NCBI GenBank assembly: GCA_051362555.1 | Contig: CM120640.1 | Span: forward strand, 54,166,788 to 54,230,787 | Origin: Lingula anatina | Taxonomy: Eukaryota; Animalia; Brachiopoda | Length of the DNA: 64,000 nucleotides | Reading direction: 5' to 3' | In this document: piece after piece, positions 48,987 through 63,900 of the stretch | Position numbering within the stretch: the first letter of the stretch is position 1 | Layout: the number at the start of each line of letters is the position of its first letter | The notes under the pieces: model-generated | Told to the model about the DNA's origin: nothing | Database searches by the model: none | What the model saw: only the letters and a program-made list of their open reading frames with translations | Made by a program: the position numbers and the translations under genes

Positions 48987-50960
48987 CTGATACTTCTTTT
49001 GTGCGGAGATTTTGTGGTCAAAACCTCAGTTTTTGCCGTCAATACAAATCCTTAGTCGTCCCAAGTAGTCTTTCAGTAGACCAGTACAAATCGTACGTCA
49101 AATGACTACTCTGCGCTGTTTTTTAAGGTGTAAATTGTTTGTAATTATGGTTTGCCCCCTGCAGCCAGAAAAATCTCTGGGTTATCACGATTTTTTCAAA
49201 GCATTCTACTTTTGAGTGTTCTAAGTCAAGACCGCTGTTTTGTAAGCCCTACAAGGAGACTCTAAATGGCAATGCAACTCACAAATGCCGCAGTTAGAAT
49301 ACAAAAGCAACTGGTCCCCTACGCGACCTTCACAAATTGAGGCATAAAGACCCACCATTCACCGTTTGTTGTGTTGTTGGGCTTACGAAAACTTTTGAAA
49401 ATCACCGAGCTATGCAGTAGGCATCATAAAGGAACCCATTTATCTGAAGAAAATCTACGACAATGAAAACGAAGGGATCGTAAAACTCTATTCCAACTCA
49501 AAATATTAGTAAACAAGTAACACAATACGGTCTCTCAGCCGAGAGATTTGAATGTGTATTGTTGGTCTATTATGCACCAGTTTGTGCGGAAAATGGAAAG
49601 CGCAGGTTAAAGAGCCATTCCCTAATGCACTTCATTTATATAGTAATATGAACCAAACTATTCAATACAAATTCGTGCAATATTTATACTTTTAATTGCA
49701 TAACCTAGTCTACTGGCCCCAGCAAGTGTTTGTTTGAAATTTTATTTCTGGACACTGACCCCCGACTCCCCAAGTTATTGAGCAAATCGCAGTTAAAACG
49801 CTTACATCAGCCAACCCCTCTTCTTTTTTCTTCGCGTTTACATGCTTAGACATAGTTGTTAATAAGGGATTCAATACTAATATGGGGTAGATTTTTTTTT
49901 TATTTTGGATCAGTAACATTTTTAATCGCCGCATTGCACACAATGACTTTTTAGAGCCTCCCCCACACCGTTAAAACGTAATTAGAAACCCCTGCTTTAA
50001 CTGAGATGTGCATGACGTTTCTAGATCGAAACTAGTTTCGCATATTTAATAAAGTTTTAAAAATAAAAGACCCGGTAACTAGAGACCACACCTTAAAAAG
50101 TGCAACCGTTCAAGGCGACAGACGGCAGTGGATTTCGTTCGCGCAAGACGATATTTAAAAAAAGATACTAAAAACTTTCACTGGCGTTTTGGTCGAAAGG
50201 AAACAGTAGACAGCAAATTGTGATAAAAGTTGCGATAAAGGTCTGATAAATATTTGGGCCAATACTGCATTATCACAATTTTTAATCTTCATGACAACTT
50301 TCCCAGCATTTGTAAAGCCAATCGGGCACCGAAATTATACTTCACCAACGATTATACAGAGCACTGAATGCAGGTGAAGACTGTCATTAAACAAGGCAGC
50401 AAAGCTGTCAAATGTACAGACAAAAAACAGAAAATAAAGATGCAAAAAAGGTCATTTTGTCAATTTTGATGCAATAATAAATAATGCTTATAATAGCACT
50501 ATCAGTCAACACTGAATTTTATAATCATGCACAACAGGTAAAATGGTCAATAACATGAGCGGACCCAGAGATATTCTCTGACAGTATTCCAAAGTATTTA
50601 TTTTGATCCATCCTCCATTTTGATGGTCTTCCAACAGAAGAAAAAATAGATACCAGGCAATATAAACTTAATAACCTGACTGTCTTCCGGAAGTCCCAGA
50701 AGATGGACTCAATCTACCCTTTCAATAAGATTACAGTTTCAGGACCATGAGAGTTCAAATTCACATGATGTAAGTCTCAATATTTGAAAAATGATGACAG
50801 TGCATAAAATAATATTACATAAGTAACATAATGTTTAAAGACATAAAAAACAATACAACTGCTTATGTGGAAATACAGAAATGTCAGAGTCTCAGGCGGA
50901 TGAGAGTTAAAAGTCACAAATGCAAGTGTTTGAGAAAAAATTATAAAGGAAAACATAACA

Positions 50961-51146
50961 AAACTAGAAAAGCACTCCGAGAGTGCAGACCTCTGCCAAG
51001 GTAGCAATTGTTGATTATTATTGATTTTTGTCCTCTTTGGCCCACTTCTGACAGTTCCTGAAAATTTCAGCAAAATCGGTCCATAACTTTTTGAGTTATG
51101 TTGATGACAAACAGGGGTGAAAATATAACCTCCTTGGCAGAGGTAA
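50961..51146 (+). mobile_element. Short HINE/DINE-1-like non-autonomous element
   Basis: Left AACTAGAAAA, hairpin GCACTC-CGA-GAGTGC and sub-TIR ACCTCTGCCAAGG; right end ATAACCTCCTTGGCAGAGGTAA (hairpin containing the inverted sub-TIR). Confidence 0.75.
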
Positions 51147-51149
51147 ATA

Positions 51150-51193
51150 TAATTCCAATGAAGCTGCTATTCAAACTTTTAATCTTTCAGTTT

Positions 51194-51273
<80 letters not shown>

Positions 51274-54200
51274 TTAATTGCAATATTAAACAAAATTTAC
51301 CTGCATAATTATCACTGCTTCCTTATTATTAATCTAGCAGAGAGCTTAACCTATGGGAGTTTACAGGGAAATATCAACAAGTGTGCTTTATGTAGCCTAT
51401 CAATTAGGCAAATTACTTTATAACTGAAATTAGCGAAGTGATACCCAAGGGAAATTTATAGACTGACCCTCTCAAAGGTCTTTCAGGCCCATAAGTCACA
51501 ACTTAAGAAGAGCACAAAACAATAATGCACAAAATAGGAGACTACCACTTCTGATGCAATAATACATTATGTTTAACTGCACAGTCAACATCAAATTTTA
51601 ATTTTGCACAACAGGTAACACCGACAAAAGTAAAAGCATAAGGCTTCAGGCCCATCAGAGTTCGAGTTTATACTTAGAAAGTGCCAGAATGAGAAAATTG
51701 AAATTTCACACAAAATTGCATTAAATTCAATAATAAATGATAACCCAATTGACCTGGCTTTCTAATTTGAACTGCATGCCAATCCTAAAAATCATACTCT
51801 TAAGTTAAATATAATAATAAATAACACAGTTTTCTTTTCATGTTTGCAGTAGCAGTGCAAAAAGATTATTGTCAATTTTGATGTAACATTACATAATAAA
51901 TTATAGAATAATTATCACCAATTTTTGATTATTGACTATAAATAGCATGAACATGTAGAAAATTTGATTACCATCCGGCTTCATGTCCATGGGAGCTCCG
52001 AGTCCCACAATGAATATGCCAAAAAGATAATGAATATTTCACTAAAATGTATAACTTCCAGAAAAAGAAGCCCATTAGACTGCTTTTCCAACTTGGGCTG
52101 CATTTTAGTCCTGTGTTTCTTTTTTGAAAGTTTGACAATCATAAGTAACACGGTTTTCCCATCATGGTCATCATGGCAGATGTGGATGATTGAATCTGAC
52201 AAACTGCAATGATATGAGTTTATTACACAATACATGATAACAAGTTTACCATCATTTTTACATAATCAACTAACAATGTTGTAAAGATGCAGGAAATATC
52301 AAACAAACACTTTTACGTATCTTATTAGTTCAATAATGATACTGTTAACATGCCTAAGAATTGAATCTGAGGAAATTTGAAAAAACAGTACAACTTCTAA
52401 AATAATGGCCCGATAACGCTGATTTTCGAACTCAACCTGCATTTTTGTAAGATTGACCACTCCTGTGAGTATAATGACAATTGGCTAAGCTGTTTTTCTT
52501 ATATTGTGTTATTAATGTTGCATATATGTTGAAAAAAGTGAAAAAACAGCATAAAAAAATTAAAAGAAAATGTAAAATAAAACATAACAAAAAATACCAA
52601 TAAAGCTGCTATTCAAACTTTTAATCTAGCTGTACAATTACTAACATGATATGAATAACCCTATTGAGTTTGAGAATAATAAGGCACTGTTATTCATCTT
52701 TAGCATTAATGTAATCGTTACACAAAATTTTTTTTTGTAAACTTATTTTCCATATTAAATAACATTTACCTGCATAATAATCATCGATTCCTAATTATGT
52801 GACACAGTTAAGAAAGCTAAACCGATGGGACTTTACAATGAAATCTCAATGTGTGTTTATGTAATCTCATTTAATGCCCACTTGAAAGTTAATTAAGCAA
52901 ATTATTTTATAACCCTGAAATAACTTGAAAATCAATTAAGCAAATTATTTTATAACCCTGAATTAACTGCCTACTATCCATATACATTTATTGCACCAAA
53001 TAGCACTGTACTGCATTGCTTTCAAAACAGAAAACAATTACAATGGTTTTCCAACACAAGCTGCACTTCAGTCTTTTCAGTAAGGTTGATTATCATAAGT
53101 AACATGGTTTTCCCTTAATCGCTATCCTGGCAGCAGTGTCCAAAATAGGGTTTTCTTTAACTTTCATGCAATATAACATAATACTTAACAGCATAATGAC
53201 CATCAAATTTTTTATAAAAAAATAAAAGTATCATGGATATTTAGAAAATGTGATATGGAAAGGTCTCCAAGGACATGGAAGTTAGGGTCACACTTTCAAA
53301 ATGCCAATATGTTAACAAGAGATAACTGTACTGAAATGATTTTCTTTCCATTTTCAACACCTTTTTTACATAAAACCATCATCAATTAACTGTCATTTTT
53401 AAATGATCAACTAGGAAAATTGTTGACAGAGGAAAAATATCAATAGAACAATTTATAATGTCCAATTAGCTCCATTTGGAGATTCTGAACATAGTGAATG
53501 ATTGAATCTGACGAACTGCAATGATGAGTTCCTTTCCATTTTTGATACTTTATTACACAATGCAGGATAATAGGTTTACCGTCATTTTTATATAATCAAC
53601 TAACAATATTGTTAAGAAGCAGAAAATGTTAAAACAACACTTTAACATATCCAATTAGTACCGTTATGAGACTGTTAACATGCTTAAGAATTAAATCTGA
53701 AGAAAAACCACTTATATACAAAAAGGCTAACTTCATCAAAACTTAACTGATCAAGCTTATTTTCAAACTTGATCTGTATACTGGTCAGATTGATCACTCC
53801 TGTGAGTTGCAAGACAAAAGGCTGATTGGTTTTCCTTAAAATGCGTTATGAGTGTTGCATGTATGCTGAATAAAGGGAAAAAAACAGCATTACTTTTGTA
53901 AAAATAGTCCAATCATGCCAACTTTCAAACTTGACCTGCGTATTATAAATATTCACCAGTTCTGTAAATTTCAATCCAAGGAAAGGAAAAACATTTTTAC
54001 ACTTATCATGTTATCGGTGTTATAAAAGTGCTGAAAAAATTGAAAAAAAAAAAAAAACAAACAAACAAAAAAAAAAACAGGATAACTTCCATAAAAATTG
54101 CCCGATCTTGCTGATTTTCAAACTTGACCTGCGTATTATGAATATTTATCAGTTCTGCAAGTTTCAAGCCAAAAGGTAAATTGGTTTTCCACTTATGGTG

Positions 54201-54609
54201 TTATCGGTGCTGCATGTATGCTGAAAAAAAGTGAAAAAACAGCATAAATTCCCGAAAAATGACCCAATCATGCTGATTTTCGAACTTGACCTGCGTATTA
54301 TGAATATTCATCAGTTTTGTAAGTTTCAAGTCAAAAGGTAAAATGGTTTTCCACTTATCGTGTTATCAGTGCTGCATATATGCTGAAAAAAGTGAAAAAA
54401 CAGCATAAATTCCCTAAAAGTGACCCGATCATGCTGATTTTCGAACTTGACCTGCGTATTATGAATATTCATCAGTTCTGTAAGTTTCATACCAAAAGAA
54501 AAAACAGTTTTCCATTTATCGTGTTATCGGTAAAAGTGCACGGCGACGGCGACGACAGACGCAGATGACGGCTATATGTACAGACACATCTGTGTCTGTA
54601 CATAAAAAT
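51150..54609 (+). mobile_element. Helentron/HINE-like element, family 2, inverted relative to the FBXO22-intron copy
   Basis: Same hairpin at 54575-54604, GACGGC micro-repeat, 161-bp units (about 54110, 54271, 54432); ORF 51964-52212(+) nearly identical to ORF 41831-42034(-). Left boundary approximate. Confidence 0.7.
51197..51269. repeat. (AT)n microsatellite
   Basis: Uninterrupted dinucleotide run. Confidence 0.98.
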
Positions 54610-54958
54610 ACGAAAGCACAATCAAAAATCTGCTTCATGGAGTATTTGTGCCACTTATTCTCCATTTCTCTCCGACCAGGGGTAGAGTATCAATTTTTCT
54701 TATCAACCACATTATTTCTGTAATAAAAGGGCTTTAAAATATTATTTGCATAAATGCACTGGTTCAATTACAGTCAATAGTATGTTCTTATTCTGAAGTT
54801 CAAATACAAAGAAATAAAGAAAACATACAAGAATAAATATTATAAATTAAACACGTAAGACTAGATACGGTCTGAAATATGAGCAAATAAAAATTTACAA
54901 TTTCTAGTAAATTTACAATTTACTAGAAATATCACAACAATTGTCAATTCAATGAATG

Positions 54959-57900
54959 TCAGTTATTGGCACTTTTCATGTTCAAAGTCCTACGCGATCT
55001 GGGTCTTTGCTCACTCTCCCCGACCTTGTTGACTTCCAGTTTTGCACCTACATTAGAAGTATTAATTATGGGGGAATTCATCAAACCCAACAGGCCTATT
55101 GCTGACACTGGCGAATATTTAGGAGAAGACTGCTTTTCTGATCCCTGGGGACTCGCTGTTTGTAAATCGGCAACATCACTGACCGACTTTCCTTTGCTTG
55201 ACTGAATGTATGGTTTACTTATGCTATTCTCCACATTACTGTTCAACTGATCGCAGTGATGGGAACTACCACTGACAATGTGACAAACGTCACTACTAAA
55301 TGATCTCAAGCGCCCTTTCCTCAAGCTGTAAATTCGCTGATGCACTGGTGATCCAACAGCCTCAACTCCATCAAGGAGTAAATCAGAATTTGTAGTGTTT
55401 TGCACCATCACCGCCCTTTTATGACTACTATAGGAAAAGGTCGAATTTGTCTCATTTTCATTAAGAAATTCATCTCCACTTTCCATTGAAATGCTGTCAG
55501 AACTGTCCTCTGTATCAAAATGGGAAGATTGAGTGTTAGTGCGCAGCCTTTTGGACGTTCTCATCTCATTTGGAGATGTCCATGTACGTTTTCTACTAAG
55601 CACCTTATTTTCTTTCAATGAGTCATCCGAGGAGACATCCCTGCATATGTCACCAGCTAGAACTGGTGGACTACGCTTTGTTTGGTGGGGTTCAACTACA
55701 GTATCCTTAACATGTCCTCTACTCACTCTCTCTGGCAACCATCCTTGTGTGTTAAAGCTTTCCTTAGATGTCTGGCTGTCAAATGACCTGCTATGACGTT
55801 TTAGGACTCGCCTTTTCTCAGCAAACTCCTTATTTGATAAAAGTGAGTCTTCTTCAGCCTCCTGTATATCTTTTCTGCATACTTCTTTTTCAATTGTAGT
55901 TCCTTCTGAAATTTCATTACTTGACTTAAGGACCTGTTTTGCAACATTTATATTATACTGAATTGCAGACTCTGGATCAAATAAGCTGTACCCCTGGTCT
56001 TCAGCAGCTTTGAAATGGATGACACTTTCATCATCACTCATTTTCCCTTCCTGTGCAGCCTTTCTGGTTTTCCTATGACTGGGGCTGAGAAATACCATGT
56101 AGTCATGAAAAGAAAGAGAACTGTTTTCATTTTGATTTTGAGACAGCATAGAATTGTCCTTGCATCCCTTCTCTGCAGTTTCTGAATCATCATCTTTTGC
56201 AATAACATTACCCTCGCCATAGTTGCCCAAGTTGGCATGTGATGGTGAAGGGCCATTACTGATCGACCTTCTACTTTTTTGCCTTTTGCTTCCTGTCTCC
56301 TTTGCTTGGCAAGGCTGAGTATTAAATATACTCGAAGCAGCTTTAGTTTTCACAGCTGCTGGTGAATGCAATCCATGCCTAGACTTCCTCCTGTGCCATT
56401 TGTCAAATGTATCTGGGGTTGTTTGCACTCTGATGGGTGGAGGGGTGAAGGGGCTGGCAGACGACAGTAAAGTCTCTTGAGGAGGAGTGTGCTGAAGAAA
56501 GGTTTTAATTGACAGTTGACCTTTCATAGGAGTGGTATCATTTTCACTCTCCACGCCTGAAGAACTGTCCAACTTTTTCCTTGATTTTGTAGAATTTGAG
56601 GCAGCCAGCCTTTCTGATTGTTTGCGATGCACTTTTGATGTTTTGCTTTGGTTTGTGGTGTCAAGTTCTGTTAACTGTTCACTGTCTGTTGCACATTCCC
56701 TTTCCACTTTTAATTTAGCAGGCTTTACTGCCTCTGTTAAAGCATTCCTTTCCTTGTTGTGAATGTCTGATAACCCCTGACACCCAGATGCACCATTTTT
56801 GTCACCAAGTTCATCATATTGTCCCACTTCTGTCCTTGATCTGGTATTCTTGCTTGGTGTATCAGCAAATGAAGATTGCTCTAAACTGATACCACTACCA
56901 GCCTTCAGGGGTGTTGTGCTCACCCATGTCAGCCGCTCAAATTCAGTTTGTTTAGCTAGGGAAACAAAATCCGGGTTGGTTAGTTTACTAGGTGTTTCAG
57001 ATATACAAACATTGGATACTTTCGTAGAACAAGAAACAGGTGTCTCTTGGTAAGTTTTCACTGGAGTGGTTGCCAGTTTATTGAAGACTGCTCTCTTTAC
57101 AGAACTTGGAGTGCCTGTTTTCTTGGGTGTTTTTCTTGGAGTTAGACTGGTGTGGCAAGAGGTTTCTTCCTGGGTTGAACTTCTAGGTGTTGGAGTCTTT
57201 GTCCTTGTTGGGGTTCTAACTGGAGAAAGAAACAGTGCTTTCTTGGTTGCTCTCCTCGGAGTGACAGCAGTGGTACTATTTGTAACCTGTGTGCAGTTTC
57301 CAGTTTTGTCTGGGGTACTTTTCTTTAGACCCTGAGATTCTCCAGCATTTTCAATCTTCTTTTCACTACTTTTCCTTATTTGAGAAAGCAAGAAATCACC
57401 CCTCTTCCTCACTGGTGTCTTTAATTTTAGTTTCATTTCTGGATGAAGAGGAATCACAGGCTGATGACCTGCAATTCTTTTTGCTAGTTCTCTGTGCTTT
57501 TGTAAAGTTCTGGATGCCTCGGAATAGAAAGACCCTCTCCTGGCCAAGATAGACTTCCCCTGGACTTTACATTTTACTTTCTGACTGCCATTCAGCAGTG
57601 AACTTGCATTTAAATCTGCACCTGTAATAAAATCAGATAATAACTATCATTACTGTTTAATACATTAAACAAAAATGATAAAAAGTTAATCATGAAGAAC
57701 ATCAGTCACCTGAAGCTTGCCAGGATGATGGTGGTGAAAACCTCAGTATTAAAAATGCAACTTTCATTCTTGTGATTTCACTCACAGGGGCTGTCCAAAC
57801 ATACATACCTATTGACTTGTACACAATGGTTTCTAAATATAAGGTAAAATCTGAAGTTCCTGAACTACTTATGAACATATATATATATATATACACAGCT

Positions 57901-60900
57901 TCCAATATCATCTCAATTAAAAGGGTACATGACTTACTTTTTACAAGGAGATCTTTCTCTGGAGATTCTTCAACTACAACCACATCTTGTAGTGTCTCTG
58001 ATTGTTGTCTTTCTTGTTTACGTAATGCCATGGCAACCTGCTTGTGTCTGGGGGTTTCACTGACCATCTTGGTCTTCAGGATGTGGTGCTCTATAATAAG
58101 GCCAAATTAGGATAACAATGACATCAAGTAATGAGTGGGCTTTGGAACATATTACAGTTAAAATGATGTAATGATAAATAAACAGTACACATTATGCTTG
58201 ATAGGCATAATGAGGATTTTTCATTATTGCTGAAATGTAAAATAAGTAGACTTCAAAGGTGAACATGTGAGTTTTTATAATCTAAGTATTGTTGCCATAT
58301 AGTTTCATTACCACAGTATACTTTTTCATAACATGACAACATCACAGTCCTTAAACAACACATTTGTACTGAATAAGGATTACAATAGCCATTTGCTCAG
58401 ACATAATGCCCTACAGTTGTTTCCCACCCTACCTTTGACTATATGTCCACTGCAGTGTCTTGATCTTGCTTTCCTGGAGTGTCTAGCATGTCTGGGACTG
58501 ACCTTCTTAGGCGTGTTCATCTTATTAGGGGTTTTCCTGGGAGTTTTTACAGGCGTTTGTTTCCTAGGAGTGGAATGTTTCTTAGGGGTATGAGATGCAT
58601 TGGTGGGAATCGCTGCCATGGTGTGGCGCCTCTCCAAACGATTAGTCTTAGCCTTGAAAGTTTGACCCGCAACATCTCCACCCAGAAACAGATTTCTTTT
58701 TACTTTTGTCACCTCCATTTGGGGCCCTAAAATTCAATTGTGGATTCCAAAGTTAACCTTGTGTTTGTCAAAATCAAAAACAAAAATTATGGTTAGGACT
58801 TAAACTAATAGTGATGATTATCATTATAAACCTAGTTTCATATTCACAGATAATATGGTAAAATAGAAGAAATAACATTACCCCAGCAAAGTGCAACAGT
58901 GACATCTGACTAGACCTCCTACTTAATATAAAGGTGTGCAGCTTACCAATTATTTTCTTTTTTCTTGCACTCCTCTTTTTTGCACTACTTCTTGTAACAG
59001 GCCTTGCACCCCGGACTTTTGCCTTTTCCACCTGGAAAGTGAAGATTTGGTGTCAGCACTACCTTCAGTCAATATCAAAGAAAATGCAAAAAATATTCAA
59101 CTGTATTATATAACAACACCATCTTGGGAAATTTTATTCAGGCTATTTCTATTAATTGTATACATGACATTTAAAGGATTTAAGAACAAACAAGATATCA
59201 TAAGATCTCAAGAGGCTGCTTAAAATATATTTTGAAAAATAAAGCATTTCTGAAAACTAACTTTTGGTTTTTTCACTTGTGGTATCATGATCTGTCGTTT
59301 TAAACTTGCATCTGTGAAACTGGAGTGGGAGACCAGGCTTCTGCTTCTACTTCTGCAACCAAAACAATTAACAATAGCAAATTTAAAACATTTGTGAAAT
59401 AGCAATAACTTTCCCATCTTAATCATATAGAATGCAAAATACCAAATATCCTTAAACAGATGGCACTGAATCACTTTTCAGTCCCATTACTTGCTGTGGT
59501 TCTTAAAGAGTAATTCTGACAAAAGATCCAGAGTGAAATCTTCAATTCTTTCATGCACATTTCTCCCCTTAATAACACCCTACAGTGACTCCACTGCAGT
59601 ATTACATTTTTGATTATGTACAAAATAAAAATATACACAGAAACAAAACCACAACAATATATTTAGAGACAATTAAGTAAAACTTACCCAGATTTGTTGG
59701 ACCAAGGATCATTAGAACATGACCCAATGGAAGAGGCTGACCTCAGGGACATTGGGGCTGGTGGTTCAGCTATTGAGGGGTTGGATTGGTTCATGGAATC
59801 ATCTTTGTCACTATTCTCACAGGAAAACAGATATGCATATTCTTCAGGAGGCTCAGTCATAAGTTCTTCATAGATCCTCCCAACAGTCTTTGGCAGGACA
59901 TACACATAGCTGGAATTGGTCATCAGTACATTGTTAATCCACATGACACTGAGATACCTTGGCGTGAAGTCACAAAATTTGTACTAATGATAATATAACA
60001 AGTTAAGACTTGTACCTTGCAAATGGGTGGTGGACATAGAGGTAATATTGTTTACATCAAATCATCAATTTCCCAGATCTGTCAGTTAAACAAACTTTTT
60101 AAAATAATTTAATAAAAATACAAATATAGTTACTTTTCTAGAACCACTTCTTTAAGGAACTGTGGCAAAAAAGTTGGATCTGATGAAAAAGCTGCTCTCC
60201 TTAGCATATTAGCCACCTGAAATATAGAGAAATCTAATTTGTTACAAATATTGCTTGGCAGTATTAAAGAACTACACTTTATTGGTGTTTCACGACTTGC
60301 CATACTTGTGTTTTATGGTGCGCCATGAACAATGAGCAATCACTGACCTACATTACCAATAACTGCTTGAAAAGGGTCCCAAATAAAGGTGACTTGTTAC
60401 ATATAAGTTTTCCATCTCTTATATTAGTTAAAAGTGCTTGACCCTTGAATGAACACACCTCTTCCACCCAGGCATCTTCCACCTCCTCCTCGCCATCGTG
60501 TAATGCCGACTCCAGCTCAATCCTCATCAATACCTGCAGCTGATACCTATACAGGGAACAAAGTTTGAAAAAGCTTCAAGAAGGGTGATATGTGAGATAG
60601 GCAATCGACTTGGTTACAGAACAGAAGTAGTTGTAGTTGAAATACAATGTAATATCAATATCCAAAACAGCTGAATAACAAATATGCAGCTTTCAAAGAA
60701 GTCTACACAGCCTCTCAAATCACCTGTATTTGCTCTTTATCAAGTTAAAAACAAATCCAAGTCTTGATACACAATCATCTGGCATTTTACTCCTTAGGTA
60801 CTGCACACTTACTCTGCAATTTTCATGGTTTCATTTTCTCCATTCTCTGACATGGGATTGTCTCTTAAACTTTTGTAGGATTTTAGGAAGTGATCTGTCA

Positions 60901-63900
60901 ATAATCCTCTGCTTTTCTCCTGAATCATATAAATACCAACAAAATATTAAAGTAAACAAATACTAATACTCAAAATAAATTTGAACATTTTTTTTTTTGC
61001 TTTTTTTGTTGCTTTTCATTAAAAAAAATGGAACATCTTCTTTCTTAAACTTTTTCAAAGGATTAAATATTTTCTCAACCAATAAATGCTGCTTCAATCT
61101 CATAAGATACATATAAGTTGGGAAATACAAATCTGACTTATCTATAGTAAATCATGGTTTAAGTAAGCATATCAAACTTCTTATTGGGCTTGGTGTGGAC
61201 ATCACACAGTTTCAGCTTGCAAGACAACACTTACAGAATATTTATCTGGGTAAAAGCTCTTTGAAAAGTGCACCATAACGTTGACCAAACTCTGAGCACA
61301 TGAAATGGGTGAGATGTTCCCACTAATGCACTGTGTGTAATTTGCATGCAGACTCTCGAGTAAATCCCTTTCTTCAGTGAAATCTGAAAGAAAAAAAATT
61401 TGAAAAGCACATCTTACCATTTCATTAGAGTAACATTTAAATAAGCAACGGCAGTTCAAAATTAAATCATTACACATGAATTTAACATAGACAGCTTTCC
61501 AAATCATTTAATCTTCTTTGAAAAAGATTTAAGAAAGGCTCTTCACCAACAAATCAGAGATGATCAATTCTAAAATGTATATATTGTATAAATATTGAAT
61601 TAACAAGCAAAAAAATAAGAGAACAATAAGTTTTGTCTTCTTTAAAAAATGTGAACAACACATGTTAAATTATCTTCACTTGTATTAAATTAAGATCCTT
61701 ACCATGTTTGGCAACATTGGCTTGTATTCTATCTCTTCGTTCTTTAACTTTAGCCTCAAGTTTCTTCTGTCTAATTTCCCCCTCATCTATGACACTGGAG
61801 TTAGATTCAGATTCACCTTTCTTTTGGTTTGTCTTGATGTGATTAATTGTATCCACAAGGTGCTTCCCCCTGGTGGTTTTGATAGAAGATGCCAGTCTCT
61901 CTAGTTGTTTCTTTTGATTTTTGCCATCCCCAACCACATCTGAAATAAAAAGAATTTGGCACTTTTTGTGATGCAATACAAAATATATCCAGATGAAGTG
62001 AACAAAATGGAGTCTGTTATAAATATTTATTCAAAAGGTTCAGCCAATGGCCTACATTTAATTCAGAACAAACTAAAGTCACAGCAAAAACAAATTTGGT
62101 GTTAAGTAATTTCACTATGGCTGTAGCACACAGCTACTGAATATTAACAAGGTACTGAACTGCATTTGTCGCTCCGAGAAGCTTAAAACTTACTGTTTTG
62201 CTTTGCAGTACTATACATTTCTTCAAGTTCCATGGGCCCTTTCATAGTTTTAGGTTGGTCTGCTTTCTGATAGTATTTGGCAAGTTTCTTCTGTAACTCA
62301 GTACTGTATCTTTTACCAAATGAAGATGTCCTGCCATGAAATATAAGATTAACACTTTCAGGCTTGTAACTGAGTAGGTATTAAGGCAATTGGATGCCAT
62401 TAAAGGAGATGAACAAAAACCCTTTACATCAATTCACTTGAATAGTAACTTAATTAAATACACAATGAAGTTGAAGTTATTATGGTACTACCTAAACCCC
62501 TGCACAAAGTCATTCACTTTGGAGTGGTTTCCTGCCAGGTGCCACTGCTCTAGAGTGCCACAGTGGAAAACATAGTGATCAGATTGATGTGACATGGCTT
62601 CCTCTTGTGCAAGTGTAGACACTTAAAAAAAGTACTGCAATTTATTTAATTGAATTTGGTATATATTATTTTATGAAATAAATCTAATTACAAAAAGAAA
62701 GATTAAGACAAGGTTAATAGATGAAACGAGTGGTACATACATTAGTTCTGATGATTTTAATCTCTTTCTTTAGTCTCTCTTTTAATAATATCAAAAGAAA
62801 ACATTTGCAAGTAACTAATAATTTTTTTCAAGGGCAAATGGGCTTACATATTCAAACTTTTCTATATAATTATATGGAGTAAAAAATCAAATGCAGGCTA
62901 ACCTGACTGAGGTACAGCAGGCCTTAAAATGGACTGAATGTGCTTCACACTTTTTGTGACAAAGTGCTGCAGACCCGCAGATTGTGCTGTGTTATCTGGG
63001 CGTGGCAAGGAGAGCAGTTTCTCCAACTGTAACACCATGGCTGGTCTGATGGTAGTCAGGGTTGCACTTAGTGGGGTTAGAGGTTGCAGCATGATTTTAG
63101 AAGGAAACACCCCTCTGCTGCCGTCTTCAAGAACCTGACAAAAATAAATAAATAATCAATAGGTTCTACAAGTAGTTCTACAAGTTGTTTAGATCTAATG
63201 TGAAAATCCATAAAAAATAACAAAATCTAGAAATACTAAAGCAAATGAACAATAATTTGTGAACAAACATAAATATTCTGATCTTAAACAATAAGCTTAC
63301 CAAGTTTAATTTTTGTTTAAAAAGCTCCATTAAGAGAGCCTGAAATGTTTCAGATGCCTCATCCAAGACAATGCCTCTTCTAGTGTCAAAGGTGTTCCCT
63401 GTACAACAATACACCCGATCACAGTCAAACCAATCCAAAGGAAGGCTGCCAGTTTCTATTGTGCCACATATTTGGTATGTGTTACACTTAAACCCAGCAG
63501 GGACAACTTCTGATACAACTCTATCCTGGTCCTGCACCATGTCAGCTGAAACTGCTGTGTCAGCTGTGTTAACTGTGATCATACTGCAAACCTCAGGAGT
63601 CTCAGAGTCAACTGACTGGATTTTAAGTTCTACTTCACTTGGCATCCTGACTACAAATTTCTTGGCTGCATTATTATCAGCATTGTCAGTCAATCTAAAA
63701 GTAATGATTGATTAAATAAAGTTTTCATTTTTAAATCCAAAGAGAAAATTCAAATTGTTTGATATATAAACAAACAGATAAATTAACATATATCTCAGAG
63801 GTAGGAGGGTGACTGGGTATCAAACAGGTCAAATCAACATGGCATACATACATTCATAAAAAAAATCCAAACTGTATACCTTAATATGGAGGTAAACTTG

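Noticed and set aside
41831-52235. Near-identical ORF pair MITIWLH.../MITIRLH... as paralogous genes
   Set aside because: Both sit in inverted copies of one non-autonomous element; similarity is at the DNA level.
54966-57552. Several plus-strand ORFs opposite the large TICRR exon
   Set aside because: Antisense shadows of a long coding exon; no independent splice or family evidence.
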